Origin: Promethearchaeota archaeon | GTDB taxonomy: Archaea > Asgardarchaeota > Lokiarchaeia > Sigyniarchaeales > SOKP01 | Length of the DNA stretch: 45,569 nt | NCBI GenBank assembly: GCA_016930515.1 | Contig: JAFGGO010000087.1 | Location: forward strand, 1-45,569 | Reading direction: 5' to 3' | Part shown: positions 1 to 9,774 of the stretch, in pieces | Layout: every line of letters starts with the position of its first letter | How positions within the stretch are numbered: position 1 is the stretch's first letter | Notes under the pieces: generated by a model | Database searches by the model: none | What the model was told of the DNA's origin: nothing | Seen by the model: only the letters and a program-made list of their open reading frames with translations | Translations under genes and position numbers: made by a program

Positions 1-318
1 ATTGATATCGATAGTTATGGGTTGACAGCAAGTGATTTTTACGATTCCGATAAAGTTGTTCTTTTACGGTTTGCTTGCATGATAAAAACCAATAATTTTC
101 ATTCAATAATAGATTGGAAAGATATATTCAAGAATTTTCCCATAGCATTTAAAGAATTTGAATCGTTTTTTTCGAAAGAAAAAGTTACATGGTATATTAA
201 ACAATGTAGTTCGAATTTAAAATTAATTGTTAATAAAATATTAACGGAACCCGAGTATATTGAGATCTTAAAAGAAAATGAAAAATTTTGGAAAGATTTT
301 CAGAATAGAATTAAATGA
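1..318 (+). CDS. Partial hypothetical protein (C-terminal part; frame open from window start)
   Basis: Frame 1 is open from base 1 to TGA at 316-318; no recognisable motif. Confidence 0.5.
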   Translation: MDIDSYGLTASDFYDSDKVVLLRFACMIKTNNFHSIIDWKDIFKNFPIAFKEFESFFSKEKVTWYIKQCSSNLKLIVNKILTEPEYIEILKENEKFWKDFQNRIK

Positions 319-388
319 TATATTTATTTGTAAATTAAACTATAAAGTAATGAAAAATTGAATATATAAAAAATAAAAAAAAGTAAAG

Positions 389-1324
389 TTAAGTTGTATT
401 TGATTTTTCTCCAGAACGCTTGTCTCTGATTTGATCCATGTGTTCAGCTGTTAAGAGGGAAATGCTTCTTTCCTTAGCCCAATCAACGCAACCTTTTAAA
501 GCTTTTTTCAAGAATATTCTCGGAACTCTAACTAATTTTGCACACGCTTCTTCCGTGAATTTTACATCAGGATCCATCCTATCCGCTGCGTATTGTACCG
601 TAGATATTTCGACTGCTTTGTTTTTTGGGATGGCTTCTGCATAAGGTGCCTTGAACTTAGCGATCCAGAAGTTTGTATTGTCTCGGTATCCGTAATCAAC
701 GGGAATGTTCGGAAAACCCTTTGAAGAAACTCCATCAACAATACAGCTTTTATATTCTGATTTCATTAAGATGTTATCGATTCTCAAGATAAAATGTGCT
801 CCGAACTCGCTCGTGATACCGTTAAAATCGTGATATGGTGGTGAATACCTTTCTTGAACTTCGTCCTTATCTGCTCCATCTAAATGACTGAGCCAGGTGC
901 ATTCAAAAACTTGATACGCCTCTCCAATTATTTTTGGATAATTTCCTTCTGGATCTTCTTTCTTTTTTTGACCATCAACTAAAGTAAAAATGCAATCTTT
1001 CATTTTTTCTTCTGTAGAATCGCCTGGAAACCCAAGTGCCACGCACTGTTTTATGAATTTTTTATCGTCTGGAACGAAGTTAAGGGAACATTTTTTTCTT
1101 TTGAGGATGTTCCTTGCCGTGTTTGAGTTGTTTCTCGCTTCAAGAAGCATGGTATAGTGATCTTTTCCTGCAATGTAGTAAGGAAATACGAGCGAATATG
1201 GTCCGATGTTAGTTTCTCCCTCATCGGTTAGAGAACCAATGGCGATGATAGGCATGGGAAAAAACGAGCTCGTTTGATAAAAGTTATCTAATATATTGAT
1301 CCGTTCAAAATTGTTTACTACCAT
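389..1324 (-). CDS. Flavin reductase-like (split-barrel, DIM6/NTAB type) protein with C-terminal PCP_red-like helical domain
   Basis: PMPIIAIGS..GETNIGPYS, NTARNI, LNF and FEC motifs resemble flavin reductases; C-terminal KFTEEACAKLVRVPRIFLKKALKGCVDWAKERSISLLTAEHM matches the PCP_red pattern. Confidence 0.7.
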   Translation of the reverse strand: MVVNNFERINILDNFYQTSSFFPMPIIAIGSLTDEGETNIGPYSLVFPYYIAGKDHYTMLLEARNNSNTARNILKRKKCSLNFVPDDKKFIKQCVALGFPGDSTEEKMKDCIFTLVDGQKKKEDPEGNYPKIIGEAYQVFECTWLSHLDGADKDEVQERYSPPYHDFNGITSEFGAHFILRIDNILMKSEYKSCIVDGVSSKGFPNIPVDYGYRDNTNFWIAKFKAPYAEAIPKNKAVEISTVQYAADRMDPDVKFTEEACAKLVRVPRIFLKKALKGCVDWAKERSISLLTAEHMDQIRDKRSGEKSNTT

Positions 1325-1392
1325 TTAGGTGTTCTCGTTTATGTTTTAGCAATCTTATTCTTATTTTAATAAAATATTGCTTCAAAAAAAAA

Positions 1393-1412
1393 ACAATTGA
1401 AATTTCAATTGT
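1393..1412. promoter_or_regulatory. Perfect 20-bp palindrome in a divergent promoter region (candidate operator)
   Basis: ACAATTGAAA|TTTCAATTGT lies between divergent genes starting at 1324(-) and 1549(+). Confidence 0.45.
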
Positions 1413-1548
1413 GAATTCGCATAATACGCGCAATTAAATGGAGAATTTTCACCTCAAAAATATATTTGTTTTAGAATGTAAAAAACATCTTTAATAAAGG
1501 GTATCTATTTATCTAGTATATAATCATCATATAAAACGGAAATTTAAA

Positions 1549-2811
1549 ATGACTACATATTGGGCTCCATTGCTACACATTTACCAACCTCCGACGCAAG
1601 AAATAGATATTTTAAGAAAGATCAATAAGGAATGTTATGTACCGTTATTTTCAGTTATTGAAAAAAACGATAATTCAAAATTTTGCTTGAATATTAACGG
1701 TGTTCTTATGGAACTTCTAAAAGAATACGGGATGGATGATACATTAGATTTATTAGACCAATTAGTAGTTGCGGGTAAGGTGGAAATCTTAGGTACGGGA
1801 AAATTTCATCCAATCTTACCTTTAATTCCAAAAGAGGAAGCATCTCGTCAAATTCGGATGAACGAGGAAAGTAATAGAAACGAATTCGGAGCTTCCTGGA
1901 TGCCAAGAGGATTTTTTCCTCCAGAAATGGCGATATCTACCGAAACAATAAATCTAATTGGTAATCTAGGGTATAAATGGGTCATCATGAGCGGAATTGC
2001 GTGTCCGACGGAAGAGAAAGGAATAGAATGGCCATACAATAAGATTTATTCTGCACCTAATGGAATGCTCCTGTATTTCAGGGACGACATTCTAAGTAAC
2101 AAAATCGCCTTTCAAAAAATTGGCGCTAAAGAATTCGTGCAAGCATTAGGTGAAATATATCCTGTAAAAGATAAAACCAAAAACGATAAAGATAAATATA
2201 TAATCACTGCAATGGACGGTGAAACTTTTGGACATCACATTCCTAACTATGAAAAAGTTTTTCTTGCTAAAACTCTAGATTTAGTAAACAAGGAATCAGA
2301 CATTGAAACAATTTTCATTTCAGATTTATCCCAAAAATTTCCAATTGACAAGAAAAAAATCCTTCCCCGGAACTCGTCCTGGAGTACGAATTACGAAGAT
2401 CTAAAAGCAAGTGTTCCATATCCCTTATGGAAGCATCCTGATAATAATGTACATAAATATTATTGGAAAATTCTAAAAAGCCTGAATCGCCTGCTAAAAA
2501 TGGCATCAAAAATAGATCATAGCTCTAATTGGGACATTGAAAATTATTACAACACGGCACGTTGGTTTTACGATCGTGGAATACATTCTTGTCCTCCCTG
2601 GTGGGCAAATTTCGATCGTGGTATGTGGAGTCCCAATCTCATCTATAAGGGTGTGGAATTGCTAATAAGATCTTCCTTAAATGCACAACTTGCCCTGGTT
2701 CACGCTAAGAATGAAGAAGGAGAGGGATATTTTGATAGTATTTCGTATTACCACGGATTACTTTTAATGGAACTTTATAATACGACCAAACACAATTTAA
2801 AAAAATTATAA
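1549..2811 (+). CDS. Glycoside hydrolase family 57 protein
   Basis: HIYQP, HPILPLI, GFFPPEMA (nucleophile Glu), DGETFGHH (acid/base Asp). Confidence 0.9.
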   Translation: MTTYWAPLLHIYQPPTQEIDILRKINKECYVPLFSVIEKNDNSKFCLNINGVLMELLKEYGMDDTLDLLDQLVVAGKVEILGTGKFHPILPLIPKEEASRQIRMNEESNRNEFGASWMPRGFFPPEMAISTETINLIGNLGYKWVIMSGIACPTEEKGIEWPYNKIYSAPNGMLLYFRDDILSNKIAFQKIGAKEFVQALGEIYPVKDKTKNDKDKYIITAMDGETFGHHIPNYEKVFLAKTLDLVNKESDIETIFISDLSQKFPIDKKKILPRNSSWSTNYEDLKASVPYPLWKHPDNNVHKYYWKILKSLNRLLKMASKIDHSSNWDIENYYNTARWFYDRGIHSCPPWWANFDRGMWSPNLIYKGVELLIRSSLNAQLALVHAKNEEGEGYFDSISYYHGLLLMELYNTTKHNLKKL

Positions 2812-2834
2812 AAATTTTAAATCTTAAATCAGAT

Positions 2835-3893
2835 ATGAACGAAAAGACCGAAACAGTTTGCAATTATTGTGGTGCTAGGTTTGAAAGCCTAAAAATTTAC
2901 TGTCCTGAATGTGGAAAATTAATCGATAATGTTCCATCTTTAAAAAAACAAACACTTAAAACAATAAATAAAAAAAGAATATGTAAAGGATGTGGTTCTA
3001 CAATAGAATCAAAATCCTTGGAGCAATGTCCAATATGCAACACGGTTCTTGATCAAATTCCTGAGATTGCTGAGAATCGAGATAAAAAAGAATTTGGACT
3101 GATATTTGATAGTAGAGGTCGAAAACTTGAACCAATAATAAATAAAAAATACTGGAATTATAAAGAGGGTATTAAAGTATTTGAACTCTCTATATTGAAT
3201 TATGTCATCACTTATATATTATTATTGAGTGTTCTAATTGTTCCAGATACTCAATCGAATGATCCTTCGTTTATAACTTTAATTTTAGAAATGCTTCCAC
3301 GAATATCCTTAATAGCATACCCTCTTTATTATATAATTTCAAAAAAACACGATTATTCTAAGCTTGGTTTTGATTCAAATCCTAAAAAAATAATTATAGC
3401 TTTTATTCTTGGGATTATAGGCTCGCTAGCATTGTTATTCTCAAATTTCGGAATGGAATTAATCCTTAATAGATTTATTTCTGTGGATTCTCCAGGATTT
3501 ATTGAGTATTTCAATAATCTTTCATTGATTAAAGCCATTCTTGGTTCTTCGGTAATTTTTGTGATTATTTATTTATTAATCTCAAGTTTAGCGATCGTAG
3601 CCGTTGAGCTAGCCTATCGAGGTGTTTTACATCGTTCGTTAAGGGCTAGGTTTGGTTCAACAATTAAGGCAAGAAGTGTTGTGGTAATACTCTCATCGCT
3701 TATATACGGGAGCATTGAAAGCTTTTTTTTCTTTCCTGCTGATTTAGTGTTAGGCGTGTTTATTTTCATAAATTATATTGCGATGTTTATCATTCTTGGT
3801 GTGATATATGAATTTAAATCGAATTTATACACGACTATAATTGCTCATGTACTATTTAATACAATATGGGTTGTTGTATTTGTTTTTTTTTAA
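2835..3893 (+). CDS. Double zinc-ribbon plus CPBP/Abi (type II CAAX protease-like) membrane protein, degenerate active site
   Basis: Four CxxC pairs at the N-terminus; multiple TM segments; VELAYRG (motif 1) and IIAHVLFN (motif 4). Confidence 0.8.
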   Translation: MNEKTETVCNYCGARFESLKIYCPECGKLIDNVPSLKKQTLKTINKKRICKGCGSTIESKSLEQCPICNTVLDQIPEIAENRDKKEFGLIFDSRGRKLEPIINKKYWNYKEGIKVFELSILNYVITYILLLSVLIVPDTQSNDPSFITLILEMLPRISLIAYPLYYIISKKHDYSKLGFDSNPKKIIIAFILGIIGSLALLFSNFGMELILNRFISVDSPGFIEYFNNLSLIKAILGSSVIFVIIYLLISSLAIVAVELAYRGVLHRSLRARFGSTIKARSVVVILSSLIYGSIESFFFFPADLVLGVFIFINYIAMFIILGVIYEFKSNLYTTIIAHVLFNTIWVVVFVFF

Positions 3894-4004
3894 ATAAGTC
3901 GCCCTTAATAAATAAATTTAATACTTGAAAAATCACTTAACTCTTCTAGTATTTTTAATGTTGAATGCTTTGATTATTTAATTACTATTTCGAGAGTACT
4001 TAGC

Positions 4005-4727
4005 GTGGGAAGAGCAATCTATCGTAACAAGGGTTCAAAAGAAAACATCGTAATTTCAATCGCAGGCGCACACGGGGTTGGAAAATCCACGGTTTTTTCG
4101 CTTTTAAAACGAAAATCAGACGCTAAAGGAGATTCCAAGCTAAGATTCTTTCCTGAACGATATATAAAAAAACCCCCTTTTCCTTTTGGATCTTCCGACA
4201 AGCAAATCGCCTTCAGGAGCGAAATCCATTTTTTACAGCAATTTATAAAGAGAAATCAAAGTGTCTCAAACTTCGACGAAAAATACAACGGGAGGATACT
4301 AATTTTAGATCGAACGCCCTTATGCGTTCTGATATATTCGAAAAGCTTGAACCTGAAAGAAAAGGATTATAACCTCATTCTCGACACGTATAGATCCGTT
4401 AAATGGAAAGAGGATTATATAATTTATCTTTCGGCAAAACCCGAAACAATTTTGAGGAGGATCATCCAGAGGGGCTCACTGGATCATATGAGAAAGGAAT
4501 GGAACGAATACGAAAAAAATTACTTGCTTTCGATATTATCCTACTACAATCAATTCTTGCTTTCTCAGAAAGATAAGGGAAATCTTTTTGTTATAGATAC
4601 GGATAGGCTCGATCCAGAAGATGTGGTCTTGGAAATCGAAAAAATCATTTTCAGTGTAGCGGGTTATTCTTTTAAAACGCGTTTAAAAACGCCAAAAACC
4701 CAGATGAATATAAACAAATTCTTTTAG
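4005..4727 (+). CDS. Deoxynucleoside/thymidylate kinase family P-loop kinase
   Basis: GAHGVGKST P-loop, LILDRT, IIYLSA.PETILRRI..RG. Confidence 0.8.
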   Translation: MGRAIYRNKGSKENIVISIAGAHGVGKSTVFSLLKRKSDAKGDSKLRFFPERYIKKPPFPFGSSDKQIAFRSEIHFLQQFIKRNQSVSNFDEKYNGRILILDRTPLCVLIYSKSLNLKEKDYNLILDTYRSVKWKEDYIIYLSAKPETILRRIIQRGSLDHMRKEWNEYEKNYLLSILSYYNQFLLSQKDKGNLFVIDTDRLDPEDVVLEIEKIIFSVAGYSFKTRLKTPKTQMNINKFF

Positions 4728-4928
4728 GAAGTCTTAGAAACCTCAATTATCAAATCATTTTTTCTTTTTAGAATGAGATCATTGTTATATTTAATTAATG
4801 CTTTTATTATAATCTTACATTCGCATGACATAAATATATTAAGAATGTATATTATGATATATCCTAGAGGATTAGTAAAAAAATTGATATCAAAAACTAC
4901 AAATCGTTATAAATATTAATGAGAAATC

Positions 4929-5894
4929 ATGTCTGAAATAGCCGCACCTATTCGGGAAAAGATGATGTTTTTATTGAAAGATGAAGAGCAGAAAACCGAT
5001 TTACAAGGACTTTCTATAATATCCCGAATCGGAATGAAAATTGTATCTGCGAATTCCATGGAACTAGACGCGGATGCTAGTTCTGCATCGTGTACGGCTT
5101 TAATAGACCTGGGACTTCGACTTTCTGACGCTACTAATCATGGATCTTTAACGGAAATAGTACTTCACAACGCAGGCGGTTATAGCATTGTAGTCGCCAT
5201 AAATGACGAGTTTATTATATTTTGTGGTTTAAAAGCTCAACCAAGAATCGGATATTATTTGGGATATCTAAGAGAATTAGCTATAAAACTCCGCATTCTT
5301 ATCTCAGGAGAGGAGATAACGGAGCTCTCGATGAAGCTGGAAGAATCTAAGGCTGAAAAGGCAAAACAAGAAGAAAAGATCGAAGAAGAAAAGGAAACCA
5401 CATTCAAACCTTCCATCGAGCAGGACAAGGCAGCTTTAGATGGGCTTTTAACCTTTTTAGACGATTGGGACGCAGAAGAAAAAGCAGCAATGGGTGTTAT
5501 AGACGAATTCGAAGACCTTGAAGGGGGAAATAATATCGTAAGTATTCCTGGAACTGCTATAATGGGAACTAATCCTCCTTCTAGTAGTCAAAGTGTGATT
5601 AGTAGTAAAGAGCCTCAATTTGAGGTTTATGAAGACGAAGTTCCTCCCATTCCCCTTGAAGATTATACTCCAATGGAAATAGAGGACGAAACAAGACAAG
5701 AAGCTCCCGTTATACTCTCTCAGGCAGAAACATTGCCCCCTTTCGATAATTTACCGTCCTTTGACGAAATAAATGTTCCTGATTTTGATTCTATTTCCAA
5801 AGACACTGAATATGATGTTGAATTTGTATTAGACGAGGAATCTGACGCTTTAGACTCTGTCTTGAAAGATTTAGGATGGGACGAGGAAAACTAG
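4929..5894 (+). CDS. Roadblock/LC7 domain protein with long acidic, low-complexity C-terminal tail
   Basis: N-terminal ~125 aa fits Roadblock (LQGLSIISRIG..., GSLTEIVLHNAGGYSIVVAIND); the remainder is E/D/P-rich. Confidence 0.75.
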   Translation: MSEIAAPIREKMMFLLKDEEQKTDLQGLSIISRIGMKIVSANSMELDADASSASCTALIDLGLRLSDATNHGSLTEIVLHNAGGYSIVVAINDEFIIFCGLKAQPRIGYYLGYLRELAIKLRILISGEEITELSMKLEESKAEKAKQEEKIEEEKETTFKPSIEQDKAALDGLLTFLDDWDAEEKAAMGVIDEFEDLEGGNNIVSIPGTAIMGTNPPSSSQSVISSKEPQFEVYEDEVPPIPLEDYTPMEIEDETRQEAPVILSQAETLPPFDNLPSFDEINVPDFDSISKDTEYDVEFVLDEESDALDSVLKDLGWDEEN

Positions 5895-5953
5895 CGCGAC
5901 ATGCCTTGAAAAAAGAATTCGAAAAGAAAAAATAGGTTCTATTCATATTTTAC

Positions 5954-7318
5954 TTGATGAGTATTTTAAATAAGGTTCTAAATATTTTAGATGAACATTA
6001 CCTTTGTCTGCATTGTTTAGGACGGATGTTTGCCTTGTTAGGTACCCATACGACCAATGATGAAAGGGGTAGCTCCCTTCTTCTAACACTTACTCTTGAA
6101 AATCACGCAACATATCTCTCAAAAGATAAAGAATCCGCACAAATCGCTATAAAGAATCTGAATTTGTTAGCAAACAATGCAAGGTTTGAACCCGCTCGAA
6201 AAGTATTGGAACAGGAAGGATTCAGCACATTCTCAAATAATAATGAAGAAAATTGTTTTTTATGCAGAAATATTTTTGAGAACACATCTGAATACATTAA
6301 GGCAGGGATAAAAGTCTTAGAATCAATAGAATTTGAAAATTTTTTGATAGGTACGAGTCTTGATCCAGAAATAATAAATAAGGAGGATCAATTTAAATCA
6401 AAATACAACCTAATCGAATCAGAATCTTTTAAAAGTCATTTTAATCGGGAGATTGGTCGTAAAATGGCCTTAAAATTGAACAAACCATCAGAGTTTAATA
6501 ATCCAGAAGTAACGCTAGTATACTCTCTCGGATACGAATCTTTCTCTATAGAAACGATGACAAAATCAGTGTTTATTCGAGGGAGATACAATAAACTGAT
6601 TAGAGGAATTCCGCAAACTCATTGGGATTGTAGGGCCTGTCAAGGGAGAGGATGTGAAAAATGTGATAATACTGGAAAACAATACATGACTAGCGTTGAG
6701 GAACTAATCTCTCCAGAATTTCTAAGACAGTCCTTAGCTCAAGGTACAAAATTTCATGGTGCAGGAAGAGAAGATATAGATGTAAGAATGTTGGGAGATG
6801 GGCGGCCTTTCGTACTCGAGCTTATTAGACCTATTAAGAGAAGATTGAATTTGAATAATATTGAAAAAATTACAAATAAAAAAAATAAGAAAAAGATACG
6901 AATTAGCCAACTTGATTTTGCATCTAAAAAAGATGTTATTAAAATCAAAACAAATTCTGAGCACTCAAGAAAAAGCTATAAGGCTATCGGACAAATTAAT
7001 CTAAAGATAACTAAAGAAGAATTTGACCTAAAAGTAAAAAAGCTCAAAGAATTAATTGTAGGGAACGAAATAAACCAAAGAACTCCAATAAGGGTTTCTC
7101 ATCGCAGGTCAGATAAATATAGAACGAAATTTATTCACGATATTCAAGCCAAATATTTAAAGCCTAATTTATTTGAGTTTTATATTGAAGTTCAAGGCGG
7201 TACCTATATTAAGGAACTCATTCACGGCGATAACGGGAGAACAACTCCCTCTTTTTCCGATATCTTTGGAACTCCCATGATATGCAAGGAATTGGATGTC
7301 ATTGAAATTTTTCAATGA
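5954..7318 (+). CDS. pus10: tRNA pseudouridine(54/55) synthase Pus10
   Basis: LCxHCLGR, GRYNKLIRGIPQT, FHGAGREDIDVRMLG (catalytic Asp), GGTYIKELIHGD; sits upstream of rpl21e. Confidence 0.95.
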   Translation: MMSILNKVLNILDEHYLCLHCLGRMFALLGTHTTNDERGSSLLLTLTLENHATYLSKDKESAQIAIKNLNLLANNARFEPARKVLEQEGFSTFSNNNEENCFLCRNIFENTSEYIKAGIKVLESIEFENFLIGTSLDPEIINKEDQFKSKYNLIESESFKSHFNREIGRKMALKLNKPSEFNNPEVTLVYSLGYESFSIETMTKSVFIRGRYNKLIRGIPQTHWDCRACQGRGCEKCDNTGKQYMTSVEELISPEFLRQSLAQGTKFHGAGREDIDVRMLGDGRPFVLELIRPIKRRLNLNNIEKITNKKNKKKIRISQLDFASKKDVIKIKTNSEHSRKSYKAIGQINLKITKEEFDLKVKKLKELIVGNEINQRTPIRVSHRRSDKYRTKFIHDIQAKYLKPNLFEFYIEVQGGTYIKELIHGDNGRTTPSFSDIFGTPMICKELDVIEIFQ

Positions 7319-7417
7319 TTCTCAATAATCAATTTTTAATAAAATTGATAAATTATCGCTCATTCAATTATCTATTATTAGATCAAAATAAGTACATTCA
7401 TTACAAGGTGTTTATAT

Positions 7418-7732
7418 TTGACATTACACAAGGGATATCGAAATAAAACCCGTAAGAGACACAGAAAAAATGTAAGAAGTAAGGGTCTTGGGTCGATCGA
7501 AAAATACTTGGTTGATTTCGATGTTAGCGCAAAAGTAGATATTATCACTGACCCCTCCCAACATAAACGAGGGATGCCTCACCGACGCTATCACGGCAGA
7601 ACAGGAACAATTATCGGAACTCGAGGGCGTTGCTACATTGTTAGCGTGAGTTTGGGTGAAGCTACAAAAACCCTAATTATTGGGAAGGAACATCTTAGAC
7701 TAAATCACGACTATATTAATAAAATTAGGTGA
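7418..7732 (+). CDS. rpl21e: 50S ribosomal protein L21e
   Basis: KGYRNKTR, GMPHRRYHGRTG, EHLR; TTG start after AAGGTG. Confidence 0.95.
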   Translation: MTLHKGYRNKTRKRHRKNVRSKGLGSIEKYLVDFDVSAKVDIITDPSQHKRGMPHRRYHGRTGTIIGTRGRCYIVSVSLGEATKTLIIGKEHLRLNHDYINKIR

Positions 7733-7739
7733 ACGAGGA

Positions 7740-8105
7740 ATGTCTGGCCAAAAATTAGACGAAGAATTGGTTTCAATTCCAGAAGTTAAAGAAATCATGG
7801 AAAAAGTAAAGGAAAAGATATTAGAAATAGACTCTGAAGAAGGTATGACTCATTTTCAAGAAATAACCTATAATTACGTGAATAAATTCGCTAAAATGTC
7901 CTTACAGAGCGCAAGAAAAATTCAAAAACTACTCACCGAAAAATACGAATTGGAAGAACTTTACGCCGTAAATATTGTAAATATCGATCCCACAACGGTT
8001 CCCGAGCTTAAAGTAATACTAGAAAAATCTTTTAAGGGTAAATCGCTCACCGATGACGAATTACAGGAAATGTTGTACCAAATCGAGGACTTCAAAAGTT
8101 CTTAA
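7740..8105 (+). CDS. rpoF: RNA polymerase subunit F (Rpo4)
   Basis: VSIPEVKEI, YVNKFAK, IVNIDP...EL; canonical rpl21e-rpoF-DUF655-ksgA order. Confidence 0.9.
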   Translation: MSGQKLDEELVSIPEVKEIMEKVKEKILEIDSEEGMTHFQEITYNYVNKFAKMSLQSARKIQKLLTEKYELEELYAVNIVNIDPTTVPELKVILEKSFKGKSLTDDELQEMLYQIEDFKSS

Positions 8106-8272
8106 AGAATCACCCTATTTTAATCCGCTTATCGCATTTATTTGATTTTTAACACCGAAGAATTTATATAGATGTGAAGGCTTTAATTTTAATGAAAGTT
8201 TAGGTTTATCAATTGCAAAATATCAAATAGTAATGGTTTCTACAACAATTAATATTAAGAGAACGGTTTTAC

Positions 8273-8926
8273 ATGGAAAAAAGATATCAAGATCGATCCA
8301 GGAGGTCTTCTCAAAGGAGACCTCCTCAGGACAGGGGTCCCCGAAAAAAAAGGCAATTTATAAAGAAAGAGAGGGACTTGATAGTTCTAGATATTTTACT
8401 TCATGGACATCCCGAAGATAATAAGCCTACTTGGGTCAAAGTTCCCCTATCTCAAATAATTACTTTCCCTGATTTCGTGCTTTACGAGGTAAAGATCAAT
8501 AAAGATTCGAGCATTAGAGTCCAAGAAAAAGGGACTTATGAAAAATTTTTGAATGAAAGAAAGATGGGTGATGTCATAAAAAAAATCGATTATAACGATC
8601 TAACTCCAACTTCAAAAGCCATTATTCAACCCGTTCTCGAAGCAGAAGTTTTAAATTATGAAGAAGAATTTATCAATTTTTTCAACAAATCAACATCAAT
8701 CACTCCTCGAATGCACGCGCTCAAGTTGATTCCTGGAATAGGACAGAAACACATGTGGGAGATAATAGAAGCTCGCCAGAAACAGAATTTCAGCACATTC
8801 CAAGACATCGCAGATAGAACGAGCGTTGCGCACCCTGCGAGGCAAGTAGCCTTGAGGATCATCAAAGAACTACAACGGGACGGAATTAAATACTATCTCT
8901 TTTCCAAAACAAAACAATACGAATAG
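8273..8926 (+). CDS. DUF655 family predicted RNA-binding protein
   Basis: YNDLT, FINFFN...ITPRMHAL.LIPGIG.K HhH motif, KYYLF; conserved synteny. Confidence 0.9.
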   Translation: MEKRYQDRSRRSSQRRPPQDRGPRKKRQFIKKERDLIVLDILLHGHPEDNKPTWVKVPLSQIITFPDFVLYEVKINKDSSIRVQEKGTYEKFLNERKMGDVIKKIDYNDLTPTSKAIIQPVLEAEVLNYEEEFINFFNKSTSITPRMHALKLIPGIGQKHMWEIIEARQKQNFSTFQDIADRTSVAHPARQVALRIIKELQRDGIKYYLFSKTKQYE

Positions 8927-8931
8927 TTCCA

Positions 8932-9774
8932 ATGAACTTGCAAGAAGTCAAGCTAATTTTAGACCAGTTAAATGTGAAACCAAATAAACTGAAGGGCCAA
9001 AACTTTTTAATTGACGATAACATAGCTAATAAAATCATAGAATCATCAAAAGTAAAAAAAAACGATACTATTTTAGAAATAGGTCCTGGATTAGGTGCCT
9101 TAACAGAAAAACTCTTAGAAATTGCTAAAAATGTCATATGCGTTGAAATTGAATCCTCATTTTGCTCTTATTTATTGGAAAGATTCGTAAACTATGATAA
9201 CTTAAAAGTCATCAATGCTGATATTCTTAAACTCGATATTCCACAACACGACAAGGTTGTATCAAATATTCCTTATAAAATTACAGGACCTATACTTGAA
9301 AAACTCTTTTTTAAAGAAAAATCTACTCCTGGTATAATTACTATTGAGAAAAAACTTGCTAAGAGAATTACGAACTCTAATGATTATAAAAACACATCGA
9401 GAATTGGAATTAATGCCAATACTTTTACAAATCCCATGTATATATGCGACATTTCCCCTCGTAGCTTCTATCCCGCTCCATCTATCGATCTTTCCATGAT
9501 TGCTTTCCAACCAAAAAGGAATTTAGACTCCTTTTTAAAAGAAAAGTCTACAAGGCGCTTTTTTCTTGATTTTATCGCCGGAATCATGCCTTATAAAAAT
9601 AAAAATATCTTAAACGCAATAAATATTTTTTTAAAAAATAATACCCTGAATAAATTGAATAAATTAGATGTTCAAGATATTTTAACAACACAAAAATTCG
9701 ATAACAAGAAAACTTTTTGTTATTTACCTTTAGAATTGCTAAGCATATGTAAAGATATCTACAAGTATATTTAA
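8932..9774 (+). CDS. rsmA: 16S rRNA (adenine-N6,N6)-dimethyltransferase KsgA/Dim1
   Basis: GQNFL, LEIGPGLGALT, VVSNIPY, FYPAP. Confidence 0.95.
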   Translation: MNLQEVKLILDQLNVKPNKLKGQNFLIDDNIANKIIESSKVKKNDTILEIGPGLGALTEKLLEIAKNVICVEIESSFCSYLLERFVNYDNLKVINADILKLDIPQHDKVVSNIPYKITGPILEKLFFKEKSTPGIITIEKKLAKRITNSNDYKNTSRIGINANTFTNPMYICDISPRSFYPAPSIDLSMIAFQPKRNLDSFLKEKSTRRFFLDFIAGIMPYKNKNILNAINIFLKNNTLNKLNKLDVQDILTTQKFDNKKTFCYLPLELLSICKDIYKYI

